A DNA stretch of 64,000 bases from the human T2T-CHM13v2.0 reference genome, Homo sapiens. The notes beneath the pieces were generated by a model. That model had not been told where the DNA came from and ran no database searches. It saw only the letters and a list, made by a program, of their open reading frames with translations. This document shows positions 33,783 through 50,253 of the stretch, in pieces. The translations under genes and the position numbers were made by a program. Each line of letters opens with the position of its first letter. Position 1 is the first letter of the stretch. The DNA lies in assembly GCF_009914755.1 (NCBI RefSeq), contig NC_060930.1; one strand, given 5' to 3'.

Positions 33783-36099
33783 TAGGAAGTCCTCACTTAT
33801 TGTCAGTTGGTTTTTGGAAACTATTACTTTAAGCAAAATAAAACTAATTCTACCATAGACTAGACTAATTGATTTAAGAGTTAATTTTCTTGGCAAATGT
33901 CTGATCACAAAAACACCAAATTTCTAAATAAGGACTCCAAACACTTCTAACACTAAATATTGAAAAAAATATGAGCTGCACCTCAAGTTAAGATCAGCAA
34001 AAACAGACGTGATTGATTTATTTTTGGTGAATCAGTGACTGCAGTTCTAGTGGTGGCAGGTTATATCAAGGAATAAATGTTTGTGAAATAGCAGTTGTAA
34101 GGAGCAACTCCTACTAACACACAATTCGTAAAACATTGTGTCCGGAATTGGCGGGTTCTTGATCTCACTGATTTCAAGAAAGCCACAAGTCCTCCGGATG
34201 AGTGTTACAATCGTTAGATGCGGTGTAGCCAGAGTTCATTCCCTCTGACGTTCGGATGTGTTATAGAGTTTCTTCCTTCTGGTGGTTTGGTCTTCTACTG
34301 GCTCAGGAGTGAAGCTGCAAACCTTGGCAGTCAGTGTTACATCTTCTAAGGCGGCGCCTCCGGAGTTGTTTGTTCTTGCCCGAGAATTCATGTTTTTCCT
34401 AACTTCAAAAGATAAGCTGCAGACCATCAACAAATTACAGCTCATAAACGTAGTGTAAACCCAAAGAACAATCAAGATCCATCGCAGAGAGCGAAAACAC
34501 ACTTCCGCACCGTGGGAAAAAGCCCGAACACGTTGTCGCAGTTGGTTCCGGCAGCCTGCTTTTATTATCTTGTCTGGCCCCACCCACATCCTGCTGATTG
34601 GTCCATTTTACAGAGAACTGACTGGTCTGTTTTACAGAGAGCTGATTGGTCCATCTTCACAGAGTGCTCATTGGCGCGTTTACAATCCCTGAGCTAGACA
34701 CAAAAGTTCTCCAAGTCCCCACCAGAGTAGCTAGATACAGAGTGTCCATTAGTGAATTCACAAACCCTGAGCTAGACACAGGGTGCTGATTGGTGTGTTT
34801 ACAAACCTTGAGCTAGATACAGAGTGCCGATTGGTGTATTTACAATCCCTTCGCTAGACATAAAGGTTCTCCAAGTCCCCACCAGAGTAGCTAAATACAG
34901 AGTGTCCATTGGTGCATTCACAAACCCTGAGCTAGACACAGGGTGCCGATTGGTGTGTTTACAAACCTTGAGCTAGATACAGAGTGCCGATTGGTGTATT
35001 TATAATCCCTTAGCTAGACGTAAACGTTCTCCAAGTCCCTACCAGACTCAGGAGCCCAGCTGGCTTCACCCAGTGGATTTTCCACCGGTGCCGCAGGTGG
35101 AGCTGCCTGCCAGTCCCGTGCTTTGCGCCCGCACTTCTCAGCCGTTGGGTGGCCGATGGGATTGGGCGCCGTGGAGCAGGGGGCGGCGCTCGTCGGGGAG
35201 GCTCGGGCCGCGCAGGAGCCCATGGCGGGGAGGGGCGTCTCAGGCATGGCGGGCTGTAGGTCCCGAGCCTTACCCCGCGGGGAGACAGCTAAGGCCCGGC
35301 GAGAAGTCGAGAACAGCAGCTGCTGGCACAGGTGCTAAGCCTCTTACTGCTCGGGGCTTGCGGATTAGGGGGCCGCTCCGAGTGCGGAGCCCGCCGAGCC
35401 CACGCCCACCCGGAACTCGCGCTGGGCCCGCAAGCGCCGCGCGCAGCCTCGGTTCCCGCCTGCGCTTCTTCCTCCACACATCCCTGCAAGCTGAGGGAGC
35501 CGGCTCCGGCCTTGGCCAGCCCAGCAAGGGGCTCCCACAGTGCAGCGGCGGGCTGAAGTTCTCCTCAAGCGCGGCCAGAGTGGGCGCCAAGGCCGAGGAG
35601 GCGCCTAGAGCAAGCGAAGGCTGTGAGGGCTGCCAGCAAGCTGTCACCTCTCAGTATGGCGGCTGGCTGTTTTAGCACCATGTCGTTTATTGTCATGCAT
35701 TTGTAGGATTATGAAATGCTTCCTGAATTTTGCTTTTACAGTAACTTGTATTCATTCATGCATTTTTCAACCTGCTCACTCCAGTTCAAGGTCTTTGGTG
35801 GCTGAAGCCTAATTCAACTCCTCATAGTGTCAGGAGGGAACCCACCGTGGACAGGTGGCCATTCCATCACAGGGCGGGCTCATACACACACACACACACA
35901 CTCACACATATGCTCGCGTGCTCTTTCACTCAGACTGATGACGCTAGACTCAGACTAGATATGCTAATGAACCTAATGTGCACATTTTTGGGATGTGGGA
36001 GGAAACTCAGACAGTGGCTTCCAGGAGAAATAGACTTTTTTCTCATCAACATTATAACAAAATGATGTTGAATGAAACAACGTTATTCAAGGGTCTGCT
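33783..36099 (-). mobile_element. MER6-like Tigger-family DNA transposon, split by LTR12
   Basis: TIR-like ends (aagtcctcactta / ttattcaagggtctgctg) next to TA; internal gtgcacatttttgggatgtgggaggaaac. Confidence 0.7.
34137..35653 (-). mobile_element. solo LTR12 (ERV9), CpG-rich
   Basis: minus strand TGAGAGGTGACAGC...AATTCCGGACACA; tandem CCAAT/GATA enhancer repeats 34600-35040. Confidence 0.95.
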
Positions 36100-36183
36100 G
36101 TACGCAGATTTTCCTATTTCTTTAGGTCTTCATTTTTGAAGGCTCTTGTGTCAATAAAATTTGTTTGATTTGTATGCTTTTCC

Positions 36184-36525
<342 letters not shown>

Positions 36526-36924
36526 TGAAGTGTCAGCCATGAACCTGGCACTGGGTGGGAAAAGATGTTTTTCTGCCCTAGACCTTCCTATAAGTGCTTT
36601 TGGGACAACACTGCAGGAGTCCCCAAAGGTGAAAATTTACCTGCGGGAGTTAATAAAAACAGGAATCCCCAGGCCTTACCCCAGAGACTGAGATGCTGAG
36701 TGCTTTCAGAGTCTCCAGAAAAGGGCCCAGGAATTATTATGGGGTGACAGATGTCACAGCTAGATCGTCCTCACATCTATGGAATATTGTGTTATTTAAT
36801 ATTTCCCAGTTGAATTTGATATTCAGGCAAGTTTGAAAACCACTGGGCCTGAAAATCTAGCCACAACAGAAACTGAAACTAGGATCTGGGGAAAGTTAAC
36901 AAGGGGAGGAGAAAGATTGGAAAG

Positions 36925-37312
36925 TATTACAAGAAAAACTTGGGATTGTAACGTTCCCCCCAAACTGGGAAGGTCCCGGAAGACCAAAGACAGTCCAGCT
37001 TAATAAGCAGGTGAGTTTAGTAGGACTTAGATACAGGGTACTCCTGGGTGCAGCAGGATAGCTCTAGAGATCCATGCCGCCTCCTGTCTTTAAACTGTTT
37101 CTAAGTTAATTTTCTGGCTTTTTGCCTACTGTGTTTGAGCAATGAGACTGTTTTTCTTGGTAGGTTCTCAGATACTCTCTGGGATGTTTGTGTTCTCAAG
37201 GACACCTGCTCCTCTGCTGGGCATCGTGGCCTTGGCTCACCACTGGGCCTTCAGGGTTCAGGCAGTAGACATACACTCTTAAGTGACATGGTGGGTGATC
37301 TGTCATGCTGCA
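36925..37312 (-). mobile_element. 3' LTR of the provirus
   Basis: colinear with 44482-45189; preceded on minus by the polypurine tract GGGAGGCAGGGTGGAT. Confidence 0.85.
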
Positions 37313-37621
37313 ATCCACCCTGCCTCCCATCTCTTACATTCTTTCTGCCAATCTTGTGTGAGACTCCTTGAGTAGGGTGGAAGGAAAGAACTATACAGGT
37401 CTATAACGTCTAGCCATGGCTTGCGCATACAGGTCACATCTACAGTATACGTAGGAGCACAAAAAGCAGAAGTTAACTACAATTATAATGTCTATTAGCA
37501 AAACCTAATTCCCATGACTAGAGAAGCTGTGTAACCAATTTGAGAATGAGTAAAAGAAACCTAATTAGGTTATATCATGGATCTGAGTTGACAAATGGTT
37601 TAAAGTACCTCTGACATTACT

Positions 37622-37669
37622 CTCTTCATCAGGGAAATAGGTGCAACAGTTAGCACCTAGAAAGGCACA
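37622..37669 (-). pseudogene. env TM CX6CC remnant
   Basis: minus-strand translation CAFLGANCCTYFPDEE. Confidence 0.75.
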
Positions 37670-37897
37670 TTTTGGGTCTTTGTCACGTTGGCGATTGAGC
37701 CTCTAGGTGGAGGCAATCCTTAGTGAGCCCGGGTTGCATTATCAGTGCTATTGTACAAGTCACTCCAGTTCTGTCAGGAGAAAGGCAGAGTATTTTAAGG
37801 CATATCATTATTATTTTATAGGGAGAGGTATCTGACTGGTTGTTGACTGCTTCTGGAGTTGCAGCTCAGTCTAGAAAGACATTACCAGCTGCCATGA

Positions 37898-38274
<377 letters not shown>

Positions 38275-38875
38275 ACACCTTGCAACATTATTATCATTGT
38301 GTTTTCTCCCACTGGCACTATTAGGGATGCCACTGTGGGCTTCAGGCCTGGATTACAAAACCACCCATGTCTTCTTTTCCTAGAAGCAGCCACAATAGCC
38401 AATTGATAAGTTTCCAGCCTTGCCCATGCTATCCATACTATAATTATTCCAGCAGGTATGGGTGCTGCCATCTGTTGATAAAGTAAGTCTCTCGGAACTC
38501 TATCAAGGAGCACAGCTGGGACCACTGCCCCTCTGGCAGTTATCATGGCACCACCCTCCAGTACTATAAAACTAATCCAGTATGGAGGCATATTCCAGCT
38601 CAGCTTCAGGTCCCTGTAGCCATCACTGCTTGGCAGATCCACTGGTGTTCTCAGGAGCATGTCTCACCATCTGCCTCAGGAGCATGGCTCAGTGTCTTTG
38701 AGGTAACCCCGAGAGTTTGTGGGACATGTCTTACAGGCCTTGCCAACCATTTATAAGGAGTGATGCCATGTGTGCTAGTGGGTGACTCATTTAAAGTTTG
38801 TATGGCTTTATGGAGATTCTTAGTCCAGGAACTTAAAGAGCCAACCTGAAACAGTGCACACATCTGGGTCTTTAA

Positions 38876-39248
<373 letters not shown>

Positions 39249-40519
39249 AGTCTATATTTTCTTCTGATGCCCAGTGTTGGATATCTTTGCTATGCCCATC
39301 AATGTACCAGGGCCTAGCAGATATTGGCGGGGTACCCTTATATATGGTGGTTGGCCTGATGGGTGGCTCCACTGCCATGTTGGCTCCCTCCCATAACTGA
39401 GACCAAAACCCTATAGGTACCATTCCCATTAGTTGCTTTTGCCCCAAACCTAAATTCATCCCTGTGACATCTCTGGTGATTACTAATACAGCAGTAGAGT
39501 CTGTATGCTTGGGCTTGTTTCACCAATATTTTTGTTTTGTCAAATGCCTCTTGTTCTATTTATGTCATCTCATTTTTTACCTGTCTTTATTAGGGTGTAT
39601 AATGGGTGGAGTATTTGTGCCAGATGAGGAATGAATATCCTCCAGTAGCCCAGTAAACCTAGGAAAACCTGGAGTTGCTCTACTGTCTGGAGAGCAGACT
39701 ACTATGCTATCTTATCAATGACGGCTTTGGGTATGTTTCACATCTTACCCAACCAGGTAACTCTCAGGAATTTGACAGGCATGCCAAGCCTCTGTATATT
39801 TTTGGGGTTGATTTTCTATCCCTCCTTCAGGCTGTCCAAAACAGTTTGTAGGATAGTCTCCAAATCTGTAAGAGACTCTAGGGTAGCATGTTATCATTAA
39901 TATAGTGAAACAGGGAGACCAAGGCAGGCAAAGAGATTATAGACAGCTCCTGTGTAACCATACTGTGAGAGATGGCGGGGCTTTGCAGATGCCCCTGTGG
40001 TGACACCTGGAAAGTCCATTCTTGGTCCTCCTAAGTGTAGACCAACTGGTCTTGTGAATCTTCAGCTGAAAGAATACTGGAAAAGGTATTAATGCAGTCA
40101 GTCACAGAATGGATACTTCCCAGCTTCGGTACTGCTTGCTCTAGCAGTTGAGCAATATTGGATACAGCTGCATGTACAGGGCGTACCACTTCGTTCAGCT
40201 AGCGGTAATCCACCATCATCTTCCAGGCATCACCTGGCTTCTTCACAGGCCAAACAAGGCTGCTGTAGGGGCTCTGGGCCAGTCTGACTATTTGTACCTT
40301 ATGTACTTTCTGGATTGTTTGGGTGATTTCAGAGTGCCCCCCCAATAGCAGGAAGTATTGTTTCATGTTCATTACCTGCAAGGATACAGGTGCATATTTG
40401 GCCTATCCCCTTTTTGGTTTCTCTGTGGACCTGATCGTTATTTTTATCCAGCTCACTGAGGTCTGCCAATGCTTCCCCCCATCACAGATTTCATTTCCCA
40501 CTAAGACGCTCAGAAGTGT

Positions 40520-41951
40520 TGTCTGAAATTGGTGGGTTCTATGGTCTCACTGACTTCAACAATGAAACCGCAAACCCTCACAGAGAGTGTCACAGCTCTA
40601 AAGTTCGCGGGCGTGGAGTCTGTCCCTTCTGATGTTCAGATGTGTCCGCAGTTTCTTTTTTCTGGTGGGGTCGTGGTCTTGCTAGCTCAGGAGTGAAGCT
40701 GCAAACCTTTGCAGTGAGTGTTATACCTCATAAAAACAGCGTGGACCCAAAGAGTGACCAGTTGGAAAATTTATTGCGCATAGTGAAAAAAACAACGCTT
40801 TCACAGTGCAGGGGTTGCTAATGCTGGTTCGGGCAGCCTGCTTTTATTCTTTTATCTGGCCCCACCCACATCCTGCTGATTGGTAGAGCCGAGTGGCCTG
40901 TTTTGTCAGGGCGCTGACTGGTGCGTTTACAATCCCTGGGCTAGATACAAAGGTTCTCCTCGTCCCCATTAGATTAGTTAGATACAGAGTTTCCACATAC
41001 AGGTTCTCCAAGGCCCCACCAGAGCAGCTAGATACAGAGTGTCGATTGGTGCACTCACAAACCTTGAGCTAAACACAGGGTGCTGATTGGTGTGTTTACA
41101 AACCTTGAGCTAGATACAGAGTGCCGATTGGTGTATTTACAATCCGTGAGCTAGACATAAAGGTTCTCCACGTCCTCACCAGAGCAGCTAGATACAGAGT
41201 GTCGATTGGTGCACTCACAAACCTTGAGCTAAACACAGGGTGCTGATTGGTGTGTTTACAATCCCTGAGCTAGATAAAAAGACTCTCCACGTCCCCACCA
41301 GACTCAGGAGCCCAGCTGGCTTCACGTAGTGGATTCCGCACTGGGGCTGCAGGTGGAGCTGCCTGCCAGTCCTGCGCCCTGCACTCGCATTCCTCAGCCC
41401 TTAGGTGGTCGATGGGACTGGGTGCCGTGGAGCAGGGGGTGGCGCTCGTCCGGGAGGCTCGGGCCGCACAGGAGCCCACGGAGGGGGGTGGGAGGCTCAG
41501 GCATGGCGGGCTGCAGGTCCCGAGCCCTGCCCCGTGGGAAGGCAGCCAAGGCCCGGCGAGAAATCGAGCACAGCGCCGGTGGGCCGGCACTGCTGGGGGA
41601 CCCAGTACACCCTTCGCAGCCACTGGCCCGGGTGCTAAGTCCCCCATTGCCCGGGGCCAGCAGGGCTGGCTGGCTGCTCCGAGTGCGGGGCCCACCAAGC
41701 CCACGCCCACCCGGAACTCCAGCTGGCCCGCAAGTGCGGCACACAGCCCTGGTTCCCGCTCGTGTCTCTCCCTCCACACCTCCCTGCAAGCTGAAAGAGT
41801 GGGCTCCGGCCTTGGCCAGCCCAGAAAGGGGCTCCCACAGTGCAGTGGGGGACTGAAGGGCTCCTCAAATGCCACCAAAGTGGGAGCCCAGGCAGCGGAG
41901 GTGCCGAGAGCAAGCGAGGGCTCTGAGGACTGCCAGCACGCTGTCACCTCA
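40520..41951 (-). mobile_element. solo LTR12C-like (ERV9)
   Basis: LTR12 termini; 4-bp TSD GTGT at 40516-40519 and 41952-41955; CCAAT repeats. Confidence 0.95.
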
Positions 41952-42745
41952 GTGTGACCAATGCCCTATATTATAAATGCCATTTTTTGAATTGGAAATG
42001 ATCCAGACATTCAACAAGTACTTAAAACAATTTTAAGGTTTTAAACTACACAAAAAGTTCACCCGTAAGCATTTATCTCTTACATTTACTCAATTTATTC
42101 ATTTTTAGCAGTTTACCTAGATTACTCATTGGAACGAAGACATTAGACAAAGTTACTCATCATTCTGAATTATTTTTTCTGTTAAACTGTGAATGTCAGG
42201 TGTTCACCTAGGCAAGAACTTTAAAGTTAAACACATGGGCATTTTTGCCAATAACTCAGGAATTTTAGCTGTTTTCACTGACCTAACAATATTAAATTAG
42301 TCATACTTACCAAAAAATCACACAAATAAAGATCATTCTGTTTTTGGCTGGGTTTACAGACTTATGATCTTTAGGTCAAACCCTGACACCTTAAAATATC
42401 TAGCAGAGGCAAATGTAAAACTAATTGGTAAACTGAGACAAAAACGTATGCTGACAATTCAAGGACATTTCTATTTTTATTTTACCAATAATTTTAAAGC
42501 CAGATTATTTATTAAAGATTACTAAATTCATATGAACTTGAAAAGCATTTGGACTTTATGAGTACTCATTTATGTATAAGCCATTTGGTAGTATGCTAGG
42601 CATAACACATAATATATATACATACACATAAACACATTTAAGCATGTATCTATACACACAAACCAATATCCAACAGCTTTTACTTGGAACTCTAGCCATG
42701 AGACAACATCATAAATTTACTATTTTACAAAAGATAGTTGGATCA

Positions 42746-43062
<317 letters not shown>

Positions 43063-43363
43063 GCTAGATCCAAATTATTTTTCACAAAATTGAGACCTGT
43101 CCACAAGACTAGACTTTGTTTGCACTGATAGGTAATCCAATAAAGACTGTGGAACACAATTTTGGGTAAAGCAGTTTCTATAACAGTTTGATTTTTAAAA
43201 TCCTCATTTATCCACATCCCCTTTTTTCTGTGCTTCAAATGAGTTTCATTGTTTACATTTTAGTAAGAACTGGCTGTACTGTAGAGAAAAGTAAAATCTC
43301 CGAGTGGCTTTGAATTAGTGAGTTTTATTTCAACACCAATAGCTTAATAATGGCATATTTGAG

Positions 43364-43699
43364 TGTTGGGGTGATCAGACCCAACACCAGGTCGTGGGGG
43401 CGACAAAGTCCTGCAGAGTCACAGAAATGAGAAAAAGACAGTTTGAGAGAGAAAGTGGGACTAAGTGGCCATCACGAGTGTGGAGGCTGCGAAGGCCCTG
43501 AGCTCTGGGAGCCCACGCTATTTATTGGTGCTCAAACAAACAGGTAGTGAAGATGTGGGGGTTGAAAGGAAATGGTGTATCAAGTGAAAGAGAAACATAT
43601 GGCTACTTTAGATAATGGGAGTGCTAAAAGCAAGGAGCCAGCAAGTCTAGCAGACATACAAGTCCTGTTGTCTCCCAACACTCAGCTTCTCTCCCAACA
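43364..43699 (-). mobile_element. solo ERVK LTR (LTR14A-like)
   Basis: TGTTGGG...CCCAACA inverted termini; 6-bp TSD TTTGAG/TTCGAG. Confidence 0.8.
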
Positions 43700-43704
43700 T
43701 TCGA

Positions 43705-43975
43705 GGCTGGGCGCAGTGGCTCACACCTGTAATCTCAGCACTTTGGGAGGCCGAGGTGGGTGGATCACAAGGTCAGGAGTTCGAGACCAGCCTGGCCAAT
43801 ATGGTGAAACCCCATCTCTACTAAAAATACCTGGGCGTGGTGGTGGGTTCCTGTAATCCCAGCTACTCGGGAGGCTGAGGCAGGAAAAGAGCTTGAACCC
43901 GGGAGGCGGAGGCTGTAGTGAGCTGCACTCCAGCCTGGGTGACAGAGTGAGAATCTGTCTCTAAATAAATAAATA
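43705..43975 (+). mobile_element. AluS-like with deletions
   Basis: Alu dimer. Confidence 0.88.
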
Positions 43976-44461
43976 GCATATTCAAAATAAGCAGAAACAA
44001 AAATAAAGAGAGAAATAGCTTTAGGAGACTCTACTTAACTCTATAGTTGCAGCTTAACCATTTAAAATCCGCATTTTTTTTGTTGTAATTTCCCCATCAG
44101 TTAAAAAATGTGCACAAGAAAGGGCCATACATAATAGGTAACCAGCTGGAGTCCTAAAAAAGCTGGCATGCTTTGAACTTCTGCAGGTGTTTCTATCCTT
44201 TCTCTGTTTCCTGCTCTAATGATTTCTCAGGGGCCAGCCTTATTGCAACAATAGCACATTTGCTATCCTTATCCTACTTTGATATCTTAGCCTCTTGCAA
44301 TATGCGCTTAGTCCACGCCACATTTTCTGAGTATCCCTATACTTCCTCAGCAGTCCACAAAGGTTGAGCGATGGAGCAATTCCACCCCACCTGCATGTTG
44401 CCGACCACCCCAGGATTCCCCCTGCAGATGCCCTTTCCTGACTCATTGTTTGGTCTCTCAG

Positions 44462-44479
44462 ATCCTGTTTGTGATGCCA
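44462..44479 (-). other. retroviral primer-binding site (tRNA-Ser-like)
   Basis: minus strand TGGCATCACAAACAGGAT, 2 nt after the 5' LTR end; 16/18 match to the recalled tRNA-Ser(CGA) 3'-end complement TGGCGTCACGAACAGGAT, both differences at CpGs. Confidence 0.75.
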
Positions 44480-44481
44480 AT

Positions 44482-45189
<708 letters not shown>

Positions 45190-45385
45190 GAAGGGAAAAG
45201 AGGAAACCCATGAGGTGAGAGGCAGCGTGCTGGGTAGTGGAGCCTCAAGGATGCTCAGGATTTGGATGCTCAGATCTGGATGTGTCCCAGGTCCCCAATG
45301 CATCTGTGCTTCCTCCAGGTACTAGAGAAGAATGAATGCCCCTTACTCTAAAGTGAGGCAACAGAAGGTGTCAATCCTTCGAGTT

Positions 45386-45562
45386 CAGTTGTTCACAAAG
45401 CATAGGTCCATCAGAATCATCTGGATGACTTGTTGAAACATATTGGAACATCCTTTGGGAATTTCTGATTTAGTGGACCTGGGGTAGGGCCCAAGAATTT
45501 GCAGTTCTAACAGGTTTCCAGATTATACTGATGGTGATCCATGGACCAAATTCCAGAACCTC
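45386..45562. mobile_element. MER5A-like
   Basis: catcagaatcatctgg...tctgatttagtggacctggggtagggcccaagaatttgca.ttctaaca. Confidence 0.75.
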
Positions 45563-46157
45563 TTACAAGAGACCCAGCTTGTCTTGTCTGAGACTTTTGT
45601 GACTCACTGAGTCTCTGAATGGGCTCAGCATTTTCTCAGGTGCATCTCTTAAACTGTATGTTTGAAGTTCGTTAGTCACATACAGCTGCTCTTTGAAACT
45701 GTCATAAGGAAGCCAACCCATCTGGTTGTCAGAGAGCAGTGTTAAATGCTCACACAAGAGGCAAGGCTGCATAGGGTTGGGCAGCTCCAGTTGCAGAAGG
45801 AAACACCAATTTAGCATGTTTGCTTTCTTGCTTTTTTTGCCTGCTTATTTTTAGCATATCTAGTTGAGAATCCAAAACAACAACAAAAAAAGACAAGACA
45901 GACCACAGACAAATGTGTACACTTTACAAGATTCTCAAGACAACAACAGCAACAAAGTTTCTGAGTTTATGAATCTAAGTAGCATTTTACTCCCAGGATC
46001 TGAAGTTCAAGTTCTGATCCCTGTGCACCCAAATTACGTCTTTCTCCTCCAGGTAGAAAGCTATCAAAATCCAGCTTTTTCCTGGGCACGCTCTTTATAG
46101 CATATGCAGCTGACTCTTCTGCTACTGGCACACTGCTATTGGATAAAAAGAAGTCTT

Positions 46158-46483
<326 letters not shown>

Positions 46484-46990
46484 GTCTCAAGCGCAGAACC
46501 GTGAAAAAGCTAAAGTTGTTATACAATTGGAGAGCGAATGATTCAACATTTTGTTAATCATTGACCTTATTCTCTGTCCTACTCTAAGGAGGGCATAATG
46601 TGTGTCTCCTGCAATCGGTCATAGGAATAATGCTTAAGGTCTAAACTAGCAGAGACTTGAGTGACAAAAAACAAAGAAGGAACCTATTTGAACTGGAGAA
46701 AGAAGGTGGATGCTGCAGGATTGAGAGACTTTATGGATTTTAAAAGAAACAAAGATGGAGAGTGTCCTCAGGAAACACACACACACACACACAGGTAGTG
46801 TAAGAGATGGATGTTGCCTTTCACCAAACTATTAAGTAGAGAAGGAGAAGCAGGAATTATGCTTGTTTGTTTGTTTTTATTTGTGGGAAGTAGGATGGTA
46901 TCCAGAAGGGGATGAAGCTGTTTGGTTTTGGACAAGAATTTAAAATACTTAAAGGCAACTTCATGGAAATGTCTGATAAACATGATCTGT

Positions 46991-47060
46991 GGATCGGCCA
47001 TTGCACTCCAGCCTTGGTGACAGAGCGAGACTCCGTCTCAAAAAAACAAACAAAAAAATA
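46991..47060 (+). mobile_element. Alu 3' fragment
   Basis: ccattgcactccagcc...gagactccgtctcaaaa. Confidence 0.85.
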
Positions 47061-48387
47061 AGTTGGTAAGGATATATTTTTTTGTCCATGTTCTGTTTCA
47101 ACTTATGTAGATTATTATAAATTGATGTAACCCACGTGAGAGGAAAATGTGAATATAAAAATGCAAAGCCCTAACATTTACTCACACACATACACACACA
47201 TACACAAATCTTCTGAAATTTCATTATTTTCCCCTTTTCTCCCATTAAAGACAGACCTATTATTATCTAGGGACAGTGAAAATGAGAAAAGGAGAATAAA
47301 AGGGAACAAAATGGAAGAGAGGAAGCTAAGCACATATTTCTGGGTATATTTTGCAGAAGACACAGGATGCAAAGTACAAGTGGAAGAGAAAGTGGGGATG
47401 GAGCCAAAGTTGAGACAAAAAAGGGGGCAGAAATAAAAGAAGGAAAATGGAGCCAGTCAGAAATTGCCCTTCTCTGAGCAGAAGAAACTGTAGAGAATAG
47501 TTCTGAATGATAACCAGGTAAAGGAGATCAGAAATAGAGTGGGAAGCAGGTTAGGAGGCTTAACATTTTCAGGTTAGCAAGGTGAGATTTAAAAGGAGAG
47601 GAAAAAACATCTCCATGAACTCTCAGTACTTATTTTTATTTTAGAATTAGAACCCTGTGAGAAAGCTGACAATTGTATTTTAGCTCACAAAGATCTCAAA
47701 CCCTAATATTGTCACTATCCAGGATCTAAACCTTTTAGCTCTCTTGTGGCCTCTCTGGAGGAAGGATTAGGACCATGAATCATGGTATCATCCACATCTG
47801 TCCTTGGGCAGTTCTAGAAGATGTCCTAAGCCCCAGGTGACCTGATTCCAATTCATTAAAAAGGTGAGCCACATATATTCTTTCAACAGTAAGTGTCCCA
47901 ATGCTGATGATGAAGATGAGAAAATATCTTCCAGTAGCTTAACTTTTTTTCAGTTTCAATACTTTCAATATATCCAGTTTCAATAGTTGCATATAACTTC
48001 AAATATTTGGCTTTAATTGAAAATGTTCACCAAACTTTGAAAATGGGGAGAGAGAGTTGCACATATTATACACAATATGTATGTGTATTGCATCAAACAC
48101 TTATAATGTGTCTTGTACAGGTTCCAGTTTCCAGTTATTTAAAGGGATTAAGAACTTCAAGACTGAATCTGAGTGGAGACTCTGACATATAAATACAGAC
48201 TTATCCAATTGGGATCATACTGCATATGTTTTTATTATTTGCTTTATTCTCAACATTGTATTCAGAACATCTTCCCATGTTATCAAAAATTATTTTAGAA
48301 CAGAGAATCCTCTTCAGTTTTTACATTTGTCCTTGTACTTGTTCATCATGGCGATATTATGTTTTGTTAATGGTTGCTGCATAGATA

Positions 48388-48668
<281 letters not shown>

Positions 48669-48670
48669 TA

Positions 48671-48990
48671 GGCTGGGCGCAGTGGCTCACGCGGTAATCC
48701 CAGCACTTTGGGAAGCCGAGGAGGGCGGATCACTTGCAGTCAGGAGTTCCAGACCAGCCATGGCCCAACATGGTGAAATCCCGTCTTTACTAAAAATGCA
48801 AAAATTAGCCGGGTGTGGTGGCGCATGCCTGTAGTCTCAGCCATTCGTGAGGTTGAGGCAAGAGAATTGCTTCCTGGAGGCGGAGGTTGCAGTGAGCCCA
48901 GATCGTGCCACTGTGCACTCCAGCTTGGGTGACAGAGCAAGACTCTGTCTCAAAAACAAAACAACAACAACAACAAAATAATAATAATAA
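48671..48990 (+). mobile_element. AluS-like with (CAA)n(TAA)n tail
   Basis: Alu dimer. Confidence 0.9.
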
Positions 48991-50180
48991 TTGCTGTATC
49001 TTTAGGCAATCTTTGCAGTTTTTGCAGTAGATGTTAAGCTACCTTTCTAAAATGCAGTGGGACATTTTGTTGTTTTTGTGTTCTGCAACAGTTTATGTAA
49101 ACCTGTATTGGAATGACAAGAAGTACGATATTATTCCAAATCTTGTACTCATGCTAGTTCATATCCTATGCCACTCTGTGGTCTCTTCCTCATCAATGTC
49201 CCTTCCTCATCGATGTCCCTGGGTTCCTGAGCAAAGCCTAAAGTAAGACACTCTAAAAATTTTGACTGAATATTCGGCAATAATTTGAGCTTGGTCTTAA
49301 CCCCAAAGAAAATACTATAGAAGAAAACACTAGGAAAAATAGAAGTTGATGGGATTCTTTGTTGACGAGTGTAGTGTTCAGGAAGGGAGAGATTTTGCTC
49401 GGATTTCATTGTGTTAGAATAACATGTCATTTTCAAGGAACCAAAATCATACTGTGTAATGGACAGACCGGTGTTATAGTTCTACTTAAGGGTTGGACGT
49501 TTCACATCTTTCCTATCCCATCCACACTTTTGGTGACTGTGGGGTTCCCCCCAAACACCCTATTGTTCTGTGCATTAATCCACAGCGAGCTGGTGACGCG
49601 TTTTTGTCAAGACCAAATCAAACTTGGGAAGTCTTCAAGTCAGGAATGGAAGTCACTAAGCTCCATGTAAATAAACAGTATATGTGAACTGAATAACCTA
49701 CTTTGTTCCTGCCTTACGCCAACCCTGCACTTCCAACAGAACCATCTTTGAAGTTTCCTGGCCATCACTGCCCCGCTTCCAGCGTCGCCATCATTCCTTT
49801 CACACACCCCACTTGCCGAAAGTACGTTCTGTGCGCTCTCTCACCCTCCTCTTGATTGTTTTCCCTAAGGGGTGCAGCATCAGTTCAGAACTGAAAATCT
49901 CCCTATCCCACTTCTCGAAGCCATTAATCAGAGATTTCAACAGGGTTCACCGCTGATGACCCATCTAACTGCTCGTCCTCTCACAGTTTCTGACAACTGT
50001 GTATTAGTATTTGCAAGTTTTGGAAGGTGTTGTAAATAGTTTTTAACTGTTAGTGAATTTTAATTTCAAACGAGGAACTTTTTATTAAGCTGGATCTTTG
50101 AAGTCAGCACTTAAAAAGCCCCCTTCCCCACCATGTTACATTCCCTTTGTGTGCTATATAAGCATCTGTCTTTGGCGGTT

Positions 50181-50253
50181 GGCCGCGTGGCCTAATGGAT
50201 AAGGCGTCTGATTCCGGATCAGAAGATTGAGGGTTCGAGTCCCTTCGTGGTCG
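50181..50253 (+). tRNA. TRR-CCG1-2: tRNA-Arg (anticodon CCG)
   Basis: GGCCGCGTGGCCTAATGGATAAGGCGTCTGATTCCGGATCAGAAGATTGAGGGTTCGAGTCCCTTCGTGGTCG; anticodon at 50214-50216; B box GGTTCGAGTCC; TTTT at 50257-50260. Locus number is recalled. Confidence 0.97.

Noticed and set aside
34600-35040. Regularly spaced direct repeats resembling a CRISPR array (also 40940-41300 and 53600-54740)
   Set aside because: These are the known LTR12 U3 CCAAT/GATA enhancer repeats. There are no unique spacers or cas genes, and the DNA is human.
34133-35657. TSD for the first LTR12
   Set aside because: The flanks ACAT and GTAT do not match convincingly, so no TSD is claimed.
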